Shown here piece by piece: positions 28,084 through 37,660 of a DNA stretch of 64,000 bases. The DNA is from Caldilineales bacterium (GTDB lineage: Bacteria > Chloroflexota > Anaerolineae > JAAEKA01). The notes under the pieces are model-generated. The model searched no databases. It was not told the origin of the DNA and saw only the letters and a program-made list of their open reading frames with translations. The translations under genes were made by a program, and so were the position numbers. The DNA lies in the NCBI GenBank assembly GCA_041391245.1, contig JAWKOJ010000020.1:33345-97344 (forward strand). Reading direction: 5' to 3'. Position 1 is the stretch's first letter, and the number at the start of each line of letters is the position of its first letter.

Positions 28084-30461
28084 CGCCGCCGCCCCTCGCT
28101 GCCGCACTGGACCAATTCAACAGCAATGTTCTGGGCAGCGTGCTTTACGCAGCCGGTGTGTCCGATGTGCCAAAGGCGAAGAACGCCAAGGTGCGTCTTT
28201 GGCTGACGCTGGTTGGCGACCCGGACCGCATCCACCGCTCGCTGGCCCAACTGACACCGGTCGCCCGCCGGTCGCTGGAGCTGTTGCAGAGCGCAGGCGG
28301 CGAGATGCGCACGAATCGCTTCCAAGGCCTGCTGGCGCGGTTGGGTGTCGTGTCCCAGCAAACGGAGTCGCCTTACGACAGTTACGGCTCTCGTCGATTG
28401 AGCCAGACATCGGCCCGGCAAGACAAGTCGGGCAAGCCACTCTTTTCAGCGGTGCTGGAGGATCTCCTGCGTTCGGGCCTGATCTGGACGCACACGCTGC
28501 GTCCAGGCTTGCCTGGCAATGCCAAGATCGGCTTCGAGGGCGGGTGGTACGTCTACATTCCCGACGAAGTCGCGGGACATCTGCCGCCTCTTCCTGTCAA
28601 AGACTATGCCGTGCCCGAACTGGTGCAAACGCTGGAAGGCTCCGCGCGCACCTGCCAGCGCGACCTGTACCTGGTATGGAGCGCGGCCCGCGAAGCACCG
28701 TTGCAGCTTGTGAACACCGGCCTGCTGCGGGTCAGCGATCTCAAGCGCGTGGCCGGCCAACTATTGCTGACCGAAACCATCGCCACCGGCACAAAAGAGA
28801 ACGACTATCGTCGCATCTTCTTCCTGCGCCGGTTGGCCGCTTCGCTGGGGCTGCTGGCCTACGACGCGATCGGCAATCAGCTTCAGGCGAACGCCTCGCC
28901 TGCCTTCATCTCCCAGACGCCGACGGAGCGAGTGCGGCTGAGCTTCAACCATTGGCGTGACGGCGACTGGTACAATGAGCTCGTCGCCACAGTAACCGGT
29001 TCCCAAGCGCAACCAGGGAGCTTGCTGGCCAACCCGGCGCCTCCCCAGCTTGCATCGGCGCGGCGGACGGTGCTGGATACGCTGGCGACCCTGGTGCAAC
29101 GGGCCGAACGCAAACATCGCACTACGGCGCCCTGGGTGCCATTGGAGGGCATCAGTGACTACCTGCGGGAACGCAAGGATGAGTTTCTGGTGGACCGGAC
29201 CACTGCCGAGGAGCGCGCGGCCAGCTACCGCTACTACTACGGCGCGGGCTTCTATTCGCCCTACGAGCACAACCGTCTGGGCTGGTCATGGCCGGCGTAT
29301 ACACGCAACGAGGAAGCTGGATGGAACGGGGTGGAGCGGGTCTTCATCGAGACCGTCCTGACCGAGGGCGCATACTGGTTGGGACTGGTCGATCTCGGCT
29401 ACGCGGAGCCGGTGACGCCGGCAAGCGGCCCAGCGCCGGGCGGCGTGGCGGCCGTGCGGTTGACCGACATGGGCCGCTGGCTGCTGCTGAATGGTCCGGC
29501 GCCCGAAGTCCCGGAGGAAAGCGGCCGGGTCGTGGTGCAGCCCAATTTTCGTATCTTCGCCTTCGACCCCATCGCCGACACGGTGCTGGCACGGCTCGAC
29601 AGCTTTGCCAGCCGGCAAAACGTCGAACGGGCCATCGAGTACGAACTGACGAGGGAAACGCTCTACCGCGCCCAACTGAATGGACAGAGCGCCGGTCAGG
29701 TTGATGCCTGGCTGCAGGAGGTGACCGGCGCGCCGCTGCCGCAGAACGTGGCGCGCAGCCTGGAGGAGTGGCAGGCTGCCTACGAGCGGATCACCGTGCG
29801 CAGCCGCGTCGGCTGGGTGGAGGCGGCCGCGCCTGAGCTGGTTGAGGCGCTGCTCAACGATCCTCGCTGGGACCAGGCAGTCGTCAAGCGCGCTACGCCA
29901 ACGGGCTTGATCGTGCGGGCCGACCGCATCGAGGAGATGGAGCGCGCCTTGCTGAAGGCTGGCGAGTTGCCGGTGCGCAACAACGACCCGGAGGCCGCTC
30001 GCCGGAGAAGCATCACGGTGGACGAGGAGGGCCGGATCGGCTTTCTCCACGCCATCCCCAGCCTGTACGTCTGCGGCTATCTGCGCCCCTTCAGTGAGGA
30101 GCGGGCGACTGGCTGGCAGATCACGGCGCGCAGCGTGACGCAGGCCGGCGCGGCGGGGCTGGATGCCGCCGCCATCCTGAGCCGTTTGAACGCAATGGCG
30201 GTCGGCGGTGTGCCGCCGGCCTTGCAAACCCGGATCAAGGCCTGGAGCCAGCACTACGGCGCCGCTGTTGTGCAGACCCTTACCCTGGTGCAGTTCCGCG
30301 ATCAGGATGCCCTGGATGAGTTGCGCACCGATCCGATGCTGGCGCGCTGTTTGACACCCTTCAAACCCGAAGCAAGGCTCGGGCTGGCCGTGGTCGCGCC
30401 GGACGACCTGGCGTCGCTGGAAGCGCTGCTCGAGGAACGCGGCGTGGAGGTACGCCGGTAG
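28080..30461 (+). CDS. uncharacterised protein, translationally coupled (GTGA overlap) to partner 1 (partner 2, 793 aa)
   Basis: GTG start at 28080 overlaps the TGA of the upstream gene. 793-aa ORF; no recognisable family by eye. Confidence 0.7.
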   Translation: MTPPPLAAALDQFNSNVLGSVLYAAGVSDVPKAKNAKVRLWLTLVGDPDRIHRSLAQLTPVARRSLELLQSAGGEMRTNRFQGLLARLGVVSQQTESPYDSYGSRRLSQTSARQDKSGKPLFSAVLEDLLRSGLIWTHTLRPGLPGNAKIGFEGGWYVYIPDEVAGHLPPLPVKDYAVPELVQTLEGSARTCQRDLYLVWSAAREAPLQLVNTGLLRVSDLKRVAGQLLLTETIATGTKENDYRRIFFLRRLAASLGLLAYDAIGNQLQANASPAFISQTPTERVRLSFNHWRDGDWYNELVATVTGSQAQPGSLLANPAPPQLASARRTVLDTLATLVQRAERKHRTTAPWVPLEGISDYLRERKDEFLVDRTTAEERAASYRYYYGAGFYSPYEHNRLGWSWPAYTRNEEAGWNGVERVFIETVLTEGAYWLGLVDLGYAEPVTPASGPAPGGVAAVRLTDMGRWLLLNGPAPEVPEESGRVVVQPNFRIFAFDPIADTVLARLDSFASRQNVERAIEYELTRETLYRAQLNGQSAGQVDAWLQEVTGAPLPQNVARSLEEWQAAYERITVRSRVGWVEAAAPELVEALLNDPRWDQAVVKRATPTGLIVRADRIEEMERALLKAGELPVRNNDPEAARRRSITVDEEGRIGFLHAIPSLYVCGYLRPFSEERATGWQITARSVTQAGAAGLDAAAILSRLNAMAVGGVPPALQTRIKAWSQHYGAAVVQTLTLVQFRDQDALDELRTDPMLARCLTPFKPEARLGLAVVAPDDLASLEALLEERGVEVRR

Positions 30462-30506
30462 TATCCGGCTGAAACGTGTCACGAGTCCCGTGCCTGACAG
30501 CGGTCG

Positions 30507-31031
30507 TCAGGAGGGTGATGGAACTCTTGCCGGCTTCAACGCCATGATCAGATCGGGATCGGTCTGTGCGCCTGATACTACCTCAAAAGCGCGATGACCG
30601 ACAACCTTGAAGCCAAAGCGTTCATAGAACCGCCGCGCAGCGTGGTTGCGCTCCCACACGTCGAGCACGATGCGGTCCGCGGCAAGTGCCGCCGGATGCG
30701 CCAGCGCAGCCTGCATCAGCCGGCCTCCGATGCCGCGGTTCTGAAAGTCGCCCGCCACGTATAGCCGACGGAGTTCCACCGCGTCGCCGGCCGGCCCGAG
30801 CTGGACAAACCCCACCAGACGCTCACCGGCTTCGGCCAGCAACACCGCGTCGAGTTCGATCCACGTTCTCACATGGGTAGGGGACAAATGCCGCTCGAGG
30901 TGTGCCGCCAGATCGCCGGGCGCGAAGGAGTGCCCGAACGCGGCCACGTACGTCTCCTGCGCCAGTTCCGCAAGCTCGTCGATGTCGCGCGGCTCGGCGG
31001 GGCGAATCCGAACCGTATCGAGGGAGACCAT
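30507..31031 (-). CDS. GNAT family N-acetyltransferase
   Basis: MVSLDTVRIRPAEPRDIDELAELAQETY...RLYVAGDFQNRGIGGRLMQAAL (acetyl-CoA binding motif A). Confidence 0.8.
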   Translation of the reverse strand: MVSLDTVRIRPAEPRDIDELAELAQETYVAAFGHSFAPGDLAAHLERHLSPTHVRTWIELDAVLLAEAGERLVGFVQLGPAGDAVELRRLYVAGDFQNRGIGGRLMQAALAHPAALAADRIVLDVWERNHAARRFYERFGFKVVGHRAFEVVSGAQTDPDLIMALKPARVPSPS

Positions 31032-31584
31032 CACGGCTGGGGAACCACCTCCACCACAAAGGTCAACTGGCTGTCCGCAGCTGTAGCCGCTACCCGCCAG
31101 CAGCCGGGCTCTGGAAAGTCGATGCCGCTGGCCTGGAAGCGGGTCGGGTAGCAGCAGGGCACATGGCTGCCCAGCGGCGGGGCGTCGCCGTCGATGCGCT
31201 GTCCCGTGATCGTCAGCGTCGCGCCGGCCGGGCGGAACCAGCCGACCTTGACGCCATCCTCGCCAGCCTGCAAAGGAAGCGCGCCGTCCTGCGACCACCA
31301 GGCGGACGCCCACATGGAGCGGTCGGCGTTGACGTAGTAGTAGCCGAACGCCGGCTCGCTGAGCACGGCAGGATCGTCGGGCGCCAGAAGCCACTCAGGC
31401 TCTGTGACCGGGCACGTGGCCGGTGTGTCTGTCGCGATCGGGGCAGGCTTCTGGCGCAGGCAGGTCCTGCCCGTTCCACAAGCAGCGGTGCAGAACAGGC
31501 GCTCAGGACGATGGCCAACAACACGCAAATTGTCACTGCAAGTTTCCCTCCCACCAGATTTGGTCCTCGTAGCTCGTGTTTCAT
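31031..31584 (-). CDS. hypothetical lipoprotein (one apparent frameshift)
   Basis: MKHELRGPNLVGGKLAVTICVLLAIVLSAC (signal plus lipobox) in one frame; the remainder (..TDTPATCPVTEPEWLLAPDDP...GYYYVNADRSMWASAWW...) continues in another frame. Confidence 0.45.
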
Positions 31585-31689
31585 AGGGGCCATCTCCTTA
31601 GGCGGCAAGGTGGGCGTCCCGTCGTTCGCCGCAAGCCTTCAGACCTGTTCCAAGGAGTCTACACCGGTGACCGGTCAATGGTTCCAGAA

Positions 31690-31825
31690 TCGCGAATCAG
31701 GATTCTAAAGGGGCGTTCAGTAGAAACGTAGAGAAACGGTTTTGACAGGATTAACAGGATGTACAGGATTTGGCACAGTGCTGAGGAAGAGAGAAATCCT
31801 GTTAATCATGTCAATCCTGTCCAAT
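31690..31825. promoter_or_regulatory. AT-rich array of direct and inverted ACAGGAT repeats (candidate multi-site operator or small RNA)
   Basis: GAATCAGGATTC (31694-31705); GACAGGATTAACAGGATGTACAGGATT (31744-31770); inverted copies AAATCCTGTTAATCATGTCAATCCTGTCC (31794-31822). Lies upstream of the lipoprotein gene on the minus strand. Confidence 0.35.
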
Positions 31826-31863
31826 CTCCGGTTGCAAACTCTCGATCCCGCTGCAACATCGTC

Positions 31864-32865
31864 TTAGTTATTGCCCGTTTTGTACGCTAGTTCCAGCGTG
31901 CCGCCGGGCGCGAAGTTCGCGCGCAGCCAGTGCAGCGCCTGCAGCCGGTCGCCCCCGCCCTCGTCGGCCAGGAGAAGCTGCTGGCAAAAGGCAGCGATGT
32001 CCGCCACGATGCGCTCGCAGCGATAGTAAGCAAGCGCAGATCGGTCGATCTGGACAGCGCCGTAGCCGTCGAAAAAGAGCCGCTCTTCCTCGTCCGGATG
32101 CTGCCATCCACCCAGCAGCCCGGCGCCGGGGTACATCAAGTCCCGCTCGCCGGCGCCAGGATCGGCTCGTCCCAGTCCACGATGAACAGCCGGCCGTCGC
32201 CGGCCATCAGCAGGTTGCCGGCGTGCAGATCCGAGTGGCAGAGCACGCAGGGCAGCGGATCGGTCCGCAGACGCCGCGCCAGCACCTCCGTCCGGTCGAC
32301 CAGCTCGCCGACCCGCGTCCGCTGTCCATGCAGGAAGGCTGCCGTCTGCGCAGCGACCGGTTCGGCGAACGTCTTGTGCTCGATCTGGCGCAGGAAGCCG
32401 CACACGCGTCGCGCTGGCCGGATGAGTACGCCTCGCGGGATGCGGTCGCGCAGCGCGGCCGGCAGCGTCTTATCGTGGATGCGGCGTAGCGGCGCCGAAG
32501 TCACGCCACTGCCGCTCGCTCAGAGTTTGCTGATAGCCGTTCACGCCGGAGATGAACGGGTAGAGGACGGCGGTGAAGCGGTCGAGAGGGGCGAACACCT
32601 CTCCCGACGCAGCCGTCAGCGGCGGAATGATAACGTCCACACCCTGGTCGGCCAGGAAGCGCGCCAGCGTTAGTGCTGTGTCATCGAACGGGCCGGCGCG
32701 CAGCTTGAGAAAGTACGCCCGGCCATCCGACCCAGCGACGCGAAAGACGGCGGTGTTGACGTCTGCGCCCAGCGGGAGGAAGACGATCTCCTGCGCCTCC
32801 AGCCGCCACCGGTCGCGCAGGCAATCGGCGATGGCCGCGCGCGGTAGATCGGGGGCAACCAGCAC
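31864..32865 (-). pseudogene. aminoglycoside/choline-kinase-type phosphotransferase (APH family), 2 frameshifts
   Basis: Three consecutive ORFs in different frames together give an APH-fold protein: ...LYPFISGVNGYQQ... | ...VLCHSDLHAGNLLMAGDGRLFIVDWDEPILA (Brenner motif HxDxxxxN and DWD) | ...C-terminal helix. Confidence 0.65.
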
Positions 32866-32878
32866 TGCGCACGCTGCC

Positions 32879-34063
32879 TCAGCCGCCGGCCGGCAGTCGC
32901 CGGATCACCTGGGTGTAGAACCGGCAGGCATCGACGATCTGCTGCACCGGGCAGGCTTCGTTGGGCATGTGGGCCAGCTTCTGGTCGCCCGGTCCGAAGC
33001 CGATGGTCGGGATGCCCAGGCTGGTCGGCGTCACCGCGTTGGTGCTGAAGTCCCAGAAGATGAACTCGGGCTGCTGCCCGGCGAAGGTGTCCCGGTAAGC
33101 GGCGGCGCAGGCCTGCGCCAGCGTGTGCCCGGGGTCGATCTGCCAGGCCATGTGGAAGGGTTCGTAGGTGATGGGCAGGCCGGTCCAGCTTGTGCGGTGG
33201 AGGGTGCCGATCTGCCATTCGGCGCGCTTGCCGGCCACCAGCCGGTCCATCTCGCCGCGGATGTCGTCCTCGGTCTCGCCGGGCGCGATGCGCCGGTCGA
33301 GATACGCCTCGCATTCGGATGGCACGGCGTTCAGCGAGGCGGCAGTGCTGGCGATGCGTGACATGACCAGCGTTCCTTTTTGCCCGCCACTGGCCATCAG
33401 TTGGGCGTTGGTCGCCTCCACCCGCTGGATGATCTCCGCCATCTCGTAGATGGCGTTGACGCCCTTCTCGGGCGCGGAACCGTGGGCCGAAACGCCGTGA
33501 GTTCGAATGGCAATCTGCGCCTTGCCGCGGTGGCCGAGGCTGATGCGGTTGTTGGACGGCTCGCAGATGACCACGTTGTCCGGCCGCAGGTCCAACTCAC
33601 GGAACATGTGTCGCAGGTTCTCGCCGTCGCAGTCCTCCTCGAACACCGTGGCCGACACGTAGACAGTCTTGCCGGCCGTATAGCCGAGCCGGTGGGCGGC
33701 CGCCGCCGCGTAGAGCGAGGCCGCGGCCGACGACTTCATGTCCACCGAGCCGCGGCCGTAGAGCAGCCCGCCGGCAATGACGCCGCCGAAGGGCGGGTGG
33801 TCCCAGGCCGCCTCGTCGTTGACGGCCACGGTATCGACGTGCGAGTCGAACAGGATGGACGGACCGTGGTCGCCGATGCGTCCGAGCACGTTGCCCATCG
33901 CGTCGACGATCACCTCGTCGAAGCCGAGGTCGTGCATCTTCTGCTCGACCAGCCGGATCGCCTGCTCCTCCTGCCCGGACAGGCTCTGGATTCTGACAAG
34001 GTCCTGGGCGAAGCTGATCAGGTCCGCCTTTTCTTGTGGTGTGATAAGATCGGTTGTGTTCAT
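32879..34063 (-). CDS. M20-family metallopeptidase, YgeY-like (family named 'putative selenium metabolism hydrolase')
   Basis: VIVDAMGNVLGRIG, VFEEDCDGENL, GVSAHGSAPEKGVNAI, RTSWTGL, FWDFSTNAV, GIPTIGFGPG, AHMPNE: closely parallel to conserved blocks of E. coli YgeY as recalled. Confidence 0.7.
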   Translation of the reverse strand: MNTTDLITPQEKADLISFAQDLVRIQSLSGQEEQAIRLVEQKMHDLGFDEVIVDAMGNVLGRIGDHGPSILFDSHVDTVAVNDEAAWDHPPFGGVIAGGLLYGRGSVDMKSSAAASLYAAAAAHRLGYTAGKTVYVSATVFEEDCDGENLRHMFRELDLRPDNVVICEPSNNRISLGHRGKAQIAIRTHGVSAHGSAPEKGVNAIYEMAEIIQRVEATNAQLMASGGQKGTLVMSRIASTAASLNAVPSECEAYLDRRIAPGETEDDIRGEMDRLVAGKRAEWQIGTLHRTSWTGLPITYEPFHMAWQIDPGHTLAQACAAAYRDTFAGQQPEFIFWDFSTNAVTPTSLGIPTIGFGPGDQKLAHMPNEACPVQQIVDACRFYTQVIRRLPAGG

Positions 34064-34107
34064 GGTGTTTGTTGATTCCTTTGATGATCGGGAACCGCAA
34101 TATCACC

Positions 34108-35037
34108 TCAATCGGCAATCGCCAATGTGCGCCGGGCGGTCGCTTCGAGGTCGTCCCAGTGGCCGGCATAGGCCTGATAGGCCATGCCGGCCAATCCTAT
34201 ATGCAACTGGCAGCAGCGCAGCCGCTGGTCGAAACCAGGCACGTCGAGACCGATGGCTGCGTAGTGACGACGAGCCTCGGCCACGAAGTCGATACGCTGC
34301 CAGGCTGGATACCACGGCTGCCAGAACGAGATCAGCGCCAGGTCGTAGAGAAAATCGCCGGCCATCGCGCAGCCCCAGTCCAGCACGCCGCTGATCCGGT
34401 CGCCCTGCACCAGGACGTTGAAGTGCAGCAGGTCGTTGTGGATCAGATGGCGGGCAGCGGGCAGGTCTCCTGCCAGCGCCTCCAGGCGCGCATAGGCCAG
34501 GTCGAAAGGCTCGCTGCCGACCGCAGAGGTCGCCAGCCGGGCGCGCCAGCCGCCGGTGCGGTCCTCGGGGCTGTCCTCAGCCACCGAAAGCAGCATCTCC
34601 TGCCACGTGCTGCACCACGCGTTGCCCGCGCCGTCCACGCCGCCGTAGCCGCGGGTCTGCGACAGGTCGGCCGACCGCATGGCGTCCAGCATCGCGAACA
34701 GCGCCGGCAGCAGCGCCCGCATCTGTGCCTCGTCTGCCATGTCGATGTAGCCGCCGGGCATGCGTTCCGAGATCGCGTAGTAGCCGCCCAATGCTTCGCC
34801 CAGATCGACCACCTGTGGAACAGGCAGGGCAGGACCGGCAAAGCGCGCTGCAAACCGGTCGCGCTCGAAGTCATCGCGATGCGCACCGAAACGGACCACG
34901 TAGCCGCGGCCCTGGTGGTCAAACGCAAACGCCTGCGACCACTCGCCACGGCCGACAGACGTTAGGGCGCTAACCTCAGCACCGTAGCGATCGGCCAGAA
35001 ACGCTTCAACCTGCCAGATGTCAAGCGTCTTTGTCAT
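34108..35037 (-). CDS. phosphotransferase enzyme family protein (APH-like)
   Basis: HNDLLHFNVLV...VLDWG motifs typical of the aminoglycoside phosphotransferase fold. Confidence 0.75.
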   Translation of the reverse strand: MTKTLDIWQVEAFLADRYGAEVSALTSVGRGEWSQAFAFDHQGRGYVVRFGAHRDDFERDRFAARFAGPALPVPQVVDLGEALGGYYAISERMPGGYIDMADEAQMRALLPALFAMLDAMRSADLSQTRGYGGVDGAGNAWCSTWQEMLLSVAEDSPEDRTGGWRARLATSAVGSEPFDLAYARLEALAGDLPAARHLIHNDLLHFNVLVQGDRISGVLDWGCAMAGDFLYDLALISFWQPWYPAWQRIDFVAEARRHYAAIGLDVPGFDQRLRCCQLHIGLAGMAYQAYAGHWDDLEATARRTLAIAD

Positions 35038-35998
35038 TAAGGGTGATCACCAGCTTGCCGTTGACGCGGCCCGCGCCAAGGTCTTCCAGCGCGTCCGGGA
35101 CGGCATCCAGCGAGACGCGGGTCTCGATGGCAGGCACCAGGGTGCCCGCGGCGCACAACTCCGCCACCTGCAACAGATCATCGCGGTTCGGCTGGACTGC
35201 CAGCATGCCGATGCGCTTGTCCCCCGACCTGCCGGCCAGCGGCCCCAGCAACAAAGCCTGAAAGAGCGATGCCATGGAACCGCCAACGAAGAAGTAGCGG
35301 CCGTTGGGCCGCAGCGCGCGCCGGTAGGCGAACACTGAGCGGTGGGCCACGAGATCGAGAATGAGGTCGTATTGCCTGCCGGTAGCCGTGAAGTCCTCGC
35401 GGGTGTAGTCGATGACGTGGTCGGCGCCCAGCGAGCGCATGAAGTCCTGCTTGCCGCCGTTGTCCACGCCGGTTACCTCCGCGCCGTGGAGCTTGGCCAG
35501 CTGCACGGCAAAAACGCCCGTGCTGCCGCCGGCGCCGTTGATCAGCACCTGCTGGCCGGGCCGGACCTGTCCCTTGCTGACGATTCCCTGCCACGCGATC
35601 ACGCCGGCCTGGGGGATGGCCGCGGCCTGCTCGAAGGTCAGGCCGGCCGGCTTGAGCGCCATCACCTTGCCCCGCGTGCAGACGTACTCGGCGAACCCGC
35701 CCATGGTGTCCAGGATGTCGGCAAACACCTCGTCGCCCGGACGAAACTGTGTCTGGTTGCTGCCGACAGCCTCGACTCGCCCGGCAATGTCGGAGCCGAG
35801 GGTTCTCCTCCCCGGCCTGAAGAGTCCGCCTGCGCGGGCATACAACGGTGTGCCGATCAGCGTTTCCCAGTCGGACCGGTTGAGCGACACCGCGTGGATC
35901 TTGACCAGGACTTGGTCGTCCACCGGGACCGGCTTCTCGACTTCTTCCAGCCGCAGGTTGGCAGGCGGGCCGTAGCGGTCGTAGACGATAGCTTTCAT
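35021..35998 (-). CDS. zinc-binding alcohol dehydrogenase / NADPH:quinone oxidoreductase (MDR superfamily)
   Basis: MKAIVYDRYGPPANLRLEEVEKPVP...VLINGAGGSTGVFAVQLAKLHGAEV (Rossmann GxGxxG). Confidence 0.8.
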   Translation of the reverse strand: MKAIVYDRYGPPANLRLEEVEKPVPVDDQVLVKIHAVSLNRSDWETLIGTPLYARAGGLFRPGRRTLGSDIAGRVEAVGSNQTQFRPGDEVFADILDTMGGFAEYVCTRGKVMALKPAGLTFEQAAAIPQAGVIAWQGIVSKGQVRPGQQVLINGAGGSTGVFAVQLAKLHGAEVTGVDNGGKQDFMRSLGADHVIDYTREDFTATGRQYDLILDLVAHRSVFAYRRALRPNGRYFFVGGSMASLFQALLLGPLAGRSGDKRIGMLAVQPNRDDLLQVAELCAAGTLVPAIETRVSLDAVPDALEDLGAGRVNGKLVITLNDKDA

Positions 35999-36510
35999 GG
36001 GCTTTTCTCTTGAGCTGCAATTTGGAGCACGCGCATAATCACGACGTCCAGCGGCGCGCTGGTGTCGATCTCATGATCGGCAGCGCGGCGCAGCAGCGGT
36101 TCGACGCTCTCCATCAGCTCCAGCACGCGGGCTGCTTCCTCAGGGCGCTGGCCGTATGAATTGCCGGTTCGTTCGGCCAGCCGCTGGAGGATGACATCGG
36201 CCGGCGCACTGAGCAGCACGACATGGTCGAACTGCGGCAGGAAGCGGCCCATATTGCTGGCGCAGCCGCTGAGGAACAGCATGTCACCGGCCTCATCGGA
36301 CAGCAGTTCCTGAATGCGGTCCTCGCGCCACACCCAGTCCCTGTCCGGCTCCACCGGCGTGCCGGGCACGTCGGAACCGGCGCTGACCTCGATCCACTGC
36401 GAGTAGGCATCACAGTCGGCGTCCACGGCCGCGTAGCCGAGCGCGGCCAGTGCATCGACCAACGTTGATTTGCCGGCGCCCGACATGCCGGTTAGCAGGA
36501 TACGTTTCAC
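35995..36510 (-). CDS. P-loop kinase-like protein
   Basis: ILLTGMSGAGKSTL Walker A; ~170 aa, size of shikimate/adenylate-kinase-like NTPases. Confidence 0.6.
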   Translation of the reverse strand: MKRILLTGMSGAGKSTLVDALAALGYAAVDADCDAYSQWIEVSAGSDVPGTPVEPDRDWVWREDRIQELLSDEAGDMLFLSGCASNMGRFLPQFDHVVLLSAPADVILQRLAERTGNSYGQRPEEAARVLELMESVEPLLRRAADHEIDTSAPLDVVIMRVLQIAAQEKSP

Positions 36511-37078
36511 AGGTCGTCGCCAGAATGATCGGCCGGTCGGGCGAGGTCAAGCCACCGGTCGCGCGCCAGCCCATACTTCCAGTATTGTGTGTCGTAGCGC
36601 GCGAACCCGGGCAGGCGCTGCATGCCGATCTTCTCCGCCACGCGCTGCGATGCACCGTTGCCGGCGCGGATCAGGCTGATCAGTTGAGGCAGACCGAGCA
36701 CCCCGAATGCGAAGTCGCGCACGGCAGTCGCGGCTTCAGTCGCCAGGCCGCGGTTCCAATGGTCGCTGCGGAAGTCGTAGCCCAGCTCAGCCACCTGGGC
36801 GCCTTCCACCTCCATGATCTCCAGGCCGCAATCGCCGATCAGCTGCCCGCTGGCCTTGAGGATCACCGAGAAGAGGCCGTAGCCGTGTTGCGCCTGGTGG
36901 TCCAGGTTGCGCTGCAGCCAGCCCTGCATCTGCCCGCGGCTGAATGGGGGGCTGTCAAAGGCGGCCATCACCATCGGGTCGCCGAAGATGCCCAGCAGCG
37001 CGTCAAGGTCGCTTTCCTCCATCGGGCGCAGCAGCAAGCGCGCCGTCTCGATGTGTGGGTGGCTGATGGGACTCACGC
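36507..37078 (-). CDS. GNAT family N-acetyltransferase (RimJ/RimL-like)
   Basis: GTG start at 37076-37078 (VSPISHPHIETARLLLRPMEESDLDAL...); C-terminal YWKYGLARDRW typical of the RimL-like group. Confidence 0.7.
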
Positions 37079-37570
37079 GGAGGTTTCGCTGTCCGGCAGC
37101 ACCACGAACAGCAGGGTGATGCCGAGGATCGTGATCAGGCGAGACGCGGCCGCAATGCCGTTCCAGGTGCTGGACTGCCACATCAGAAACCATTCGCCGC
37201 CGACCGTCATGAAGCCGGTGAACCAGAGGACAATGCCCAGCGTCAGGCCGGCCACCACGACACCTTTGGTCCCGTTGAAGCGGATCGGGTCGTTGATCGA
37301 TCGCAGTAGACGCCAGCCGCCCAGCCAGCACAGGATGGCAATCACGGCTTCCGTCGCGATGATCAGCCAGTAGAAGGCGTGGTGCAGCGCCGGGGCGTCG
37401 ATGGCGCGCCACATGCCGTTGTTGCCCGGGAACGTGGTATCCATGGCCAGCACGTGGGAGACGAAATCGAAGTTCGAGTTGTAATCGGTGAGGTTGTTGA
37501 ACACCACCAGCGTGACGTACAACGCGACCGCCCAGACGAGAACTACTTTTGCCGACCTTGTGATCACCTG
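37073..37570 (-). CDS. small integral membrane protein (DUF-type, unassigned)
   Basis: 4-5 predicted TM helices (VVLVWAVALYVTLVVF; AFYWLIIATEAVIAILCWLGGW; VVVAGLTLGIVLWFTGFMTVGG...). Confidence 0.45.
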   Translation of the reverse strand, partial: QVITRSAKVVLVWAVALYVTLVVFNNLTDYNSNFDFVSHVLAMDTTFPGNNGMWRAIDAPALHHAFYWLIIATEAVIAILCWLGGWRLLRSINDPIRFNGTKGVVVAGLTLGIVLWFTGFMTVGGEWFLMWQSSTWNGIAAASRLITILGITLLFVVLPDSETSA

Positions 37571-37660
37571 TGACCTCCGATGGGTGTTGGCGCTGTCATA
37601 GCCACTGCCAGGGCCGACAGGCTGTTTGTGCAGCGATGGTAACACCGTTCCGGTGTGCGG

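Noticed and set aside
29286-30482. 398-aa - strand ORF antisense to partner 2
   Set aside because: Shadow ORF, same reasoning.
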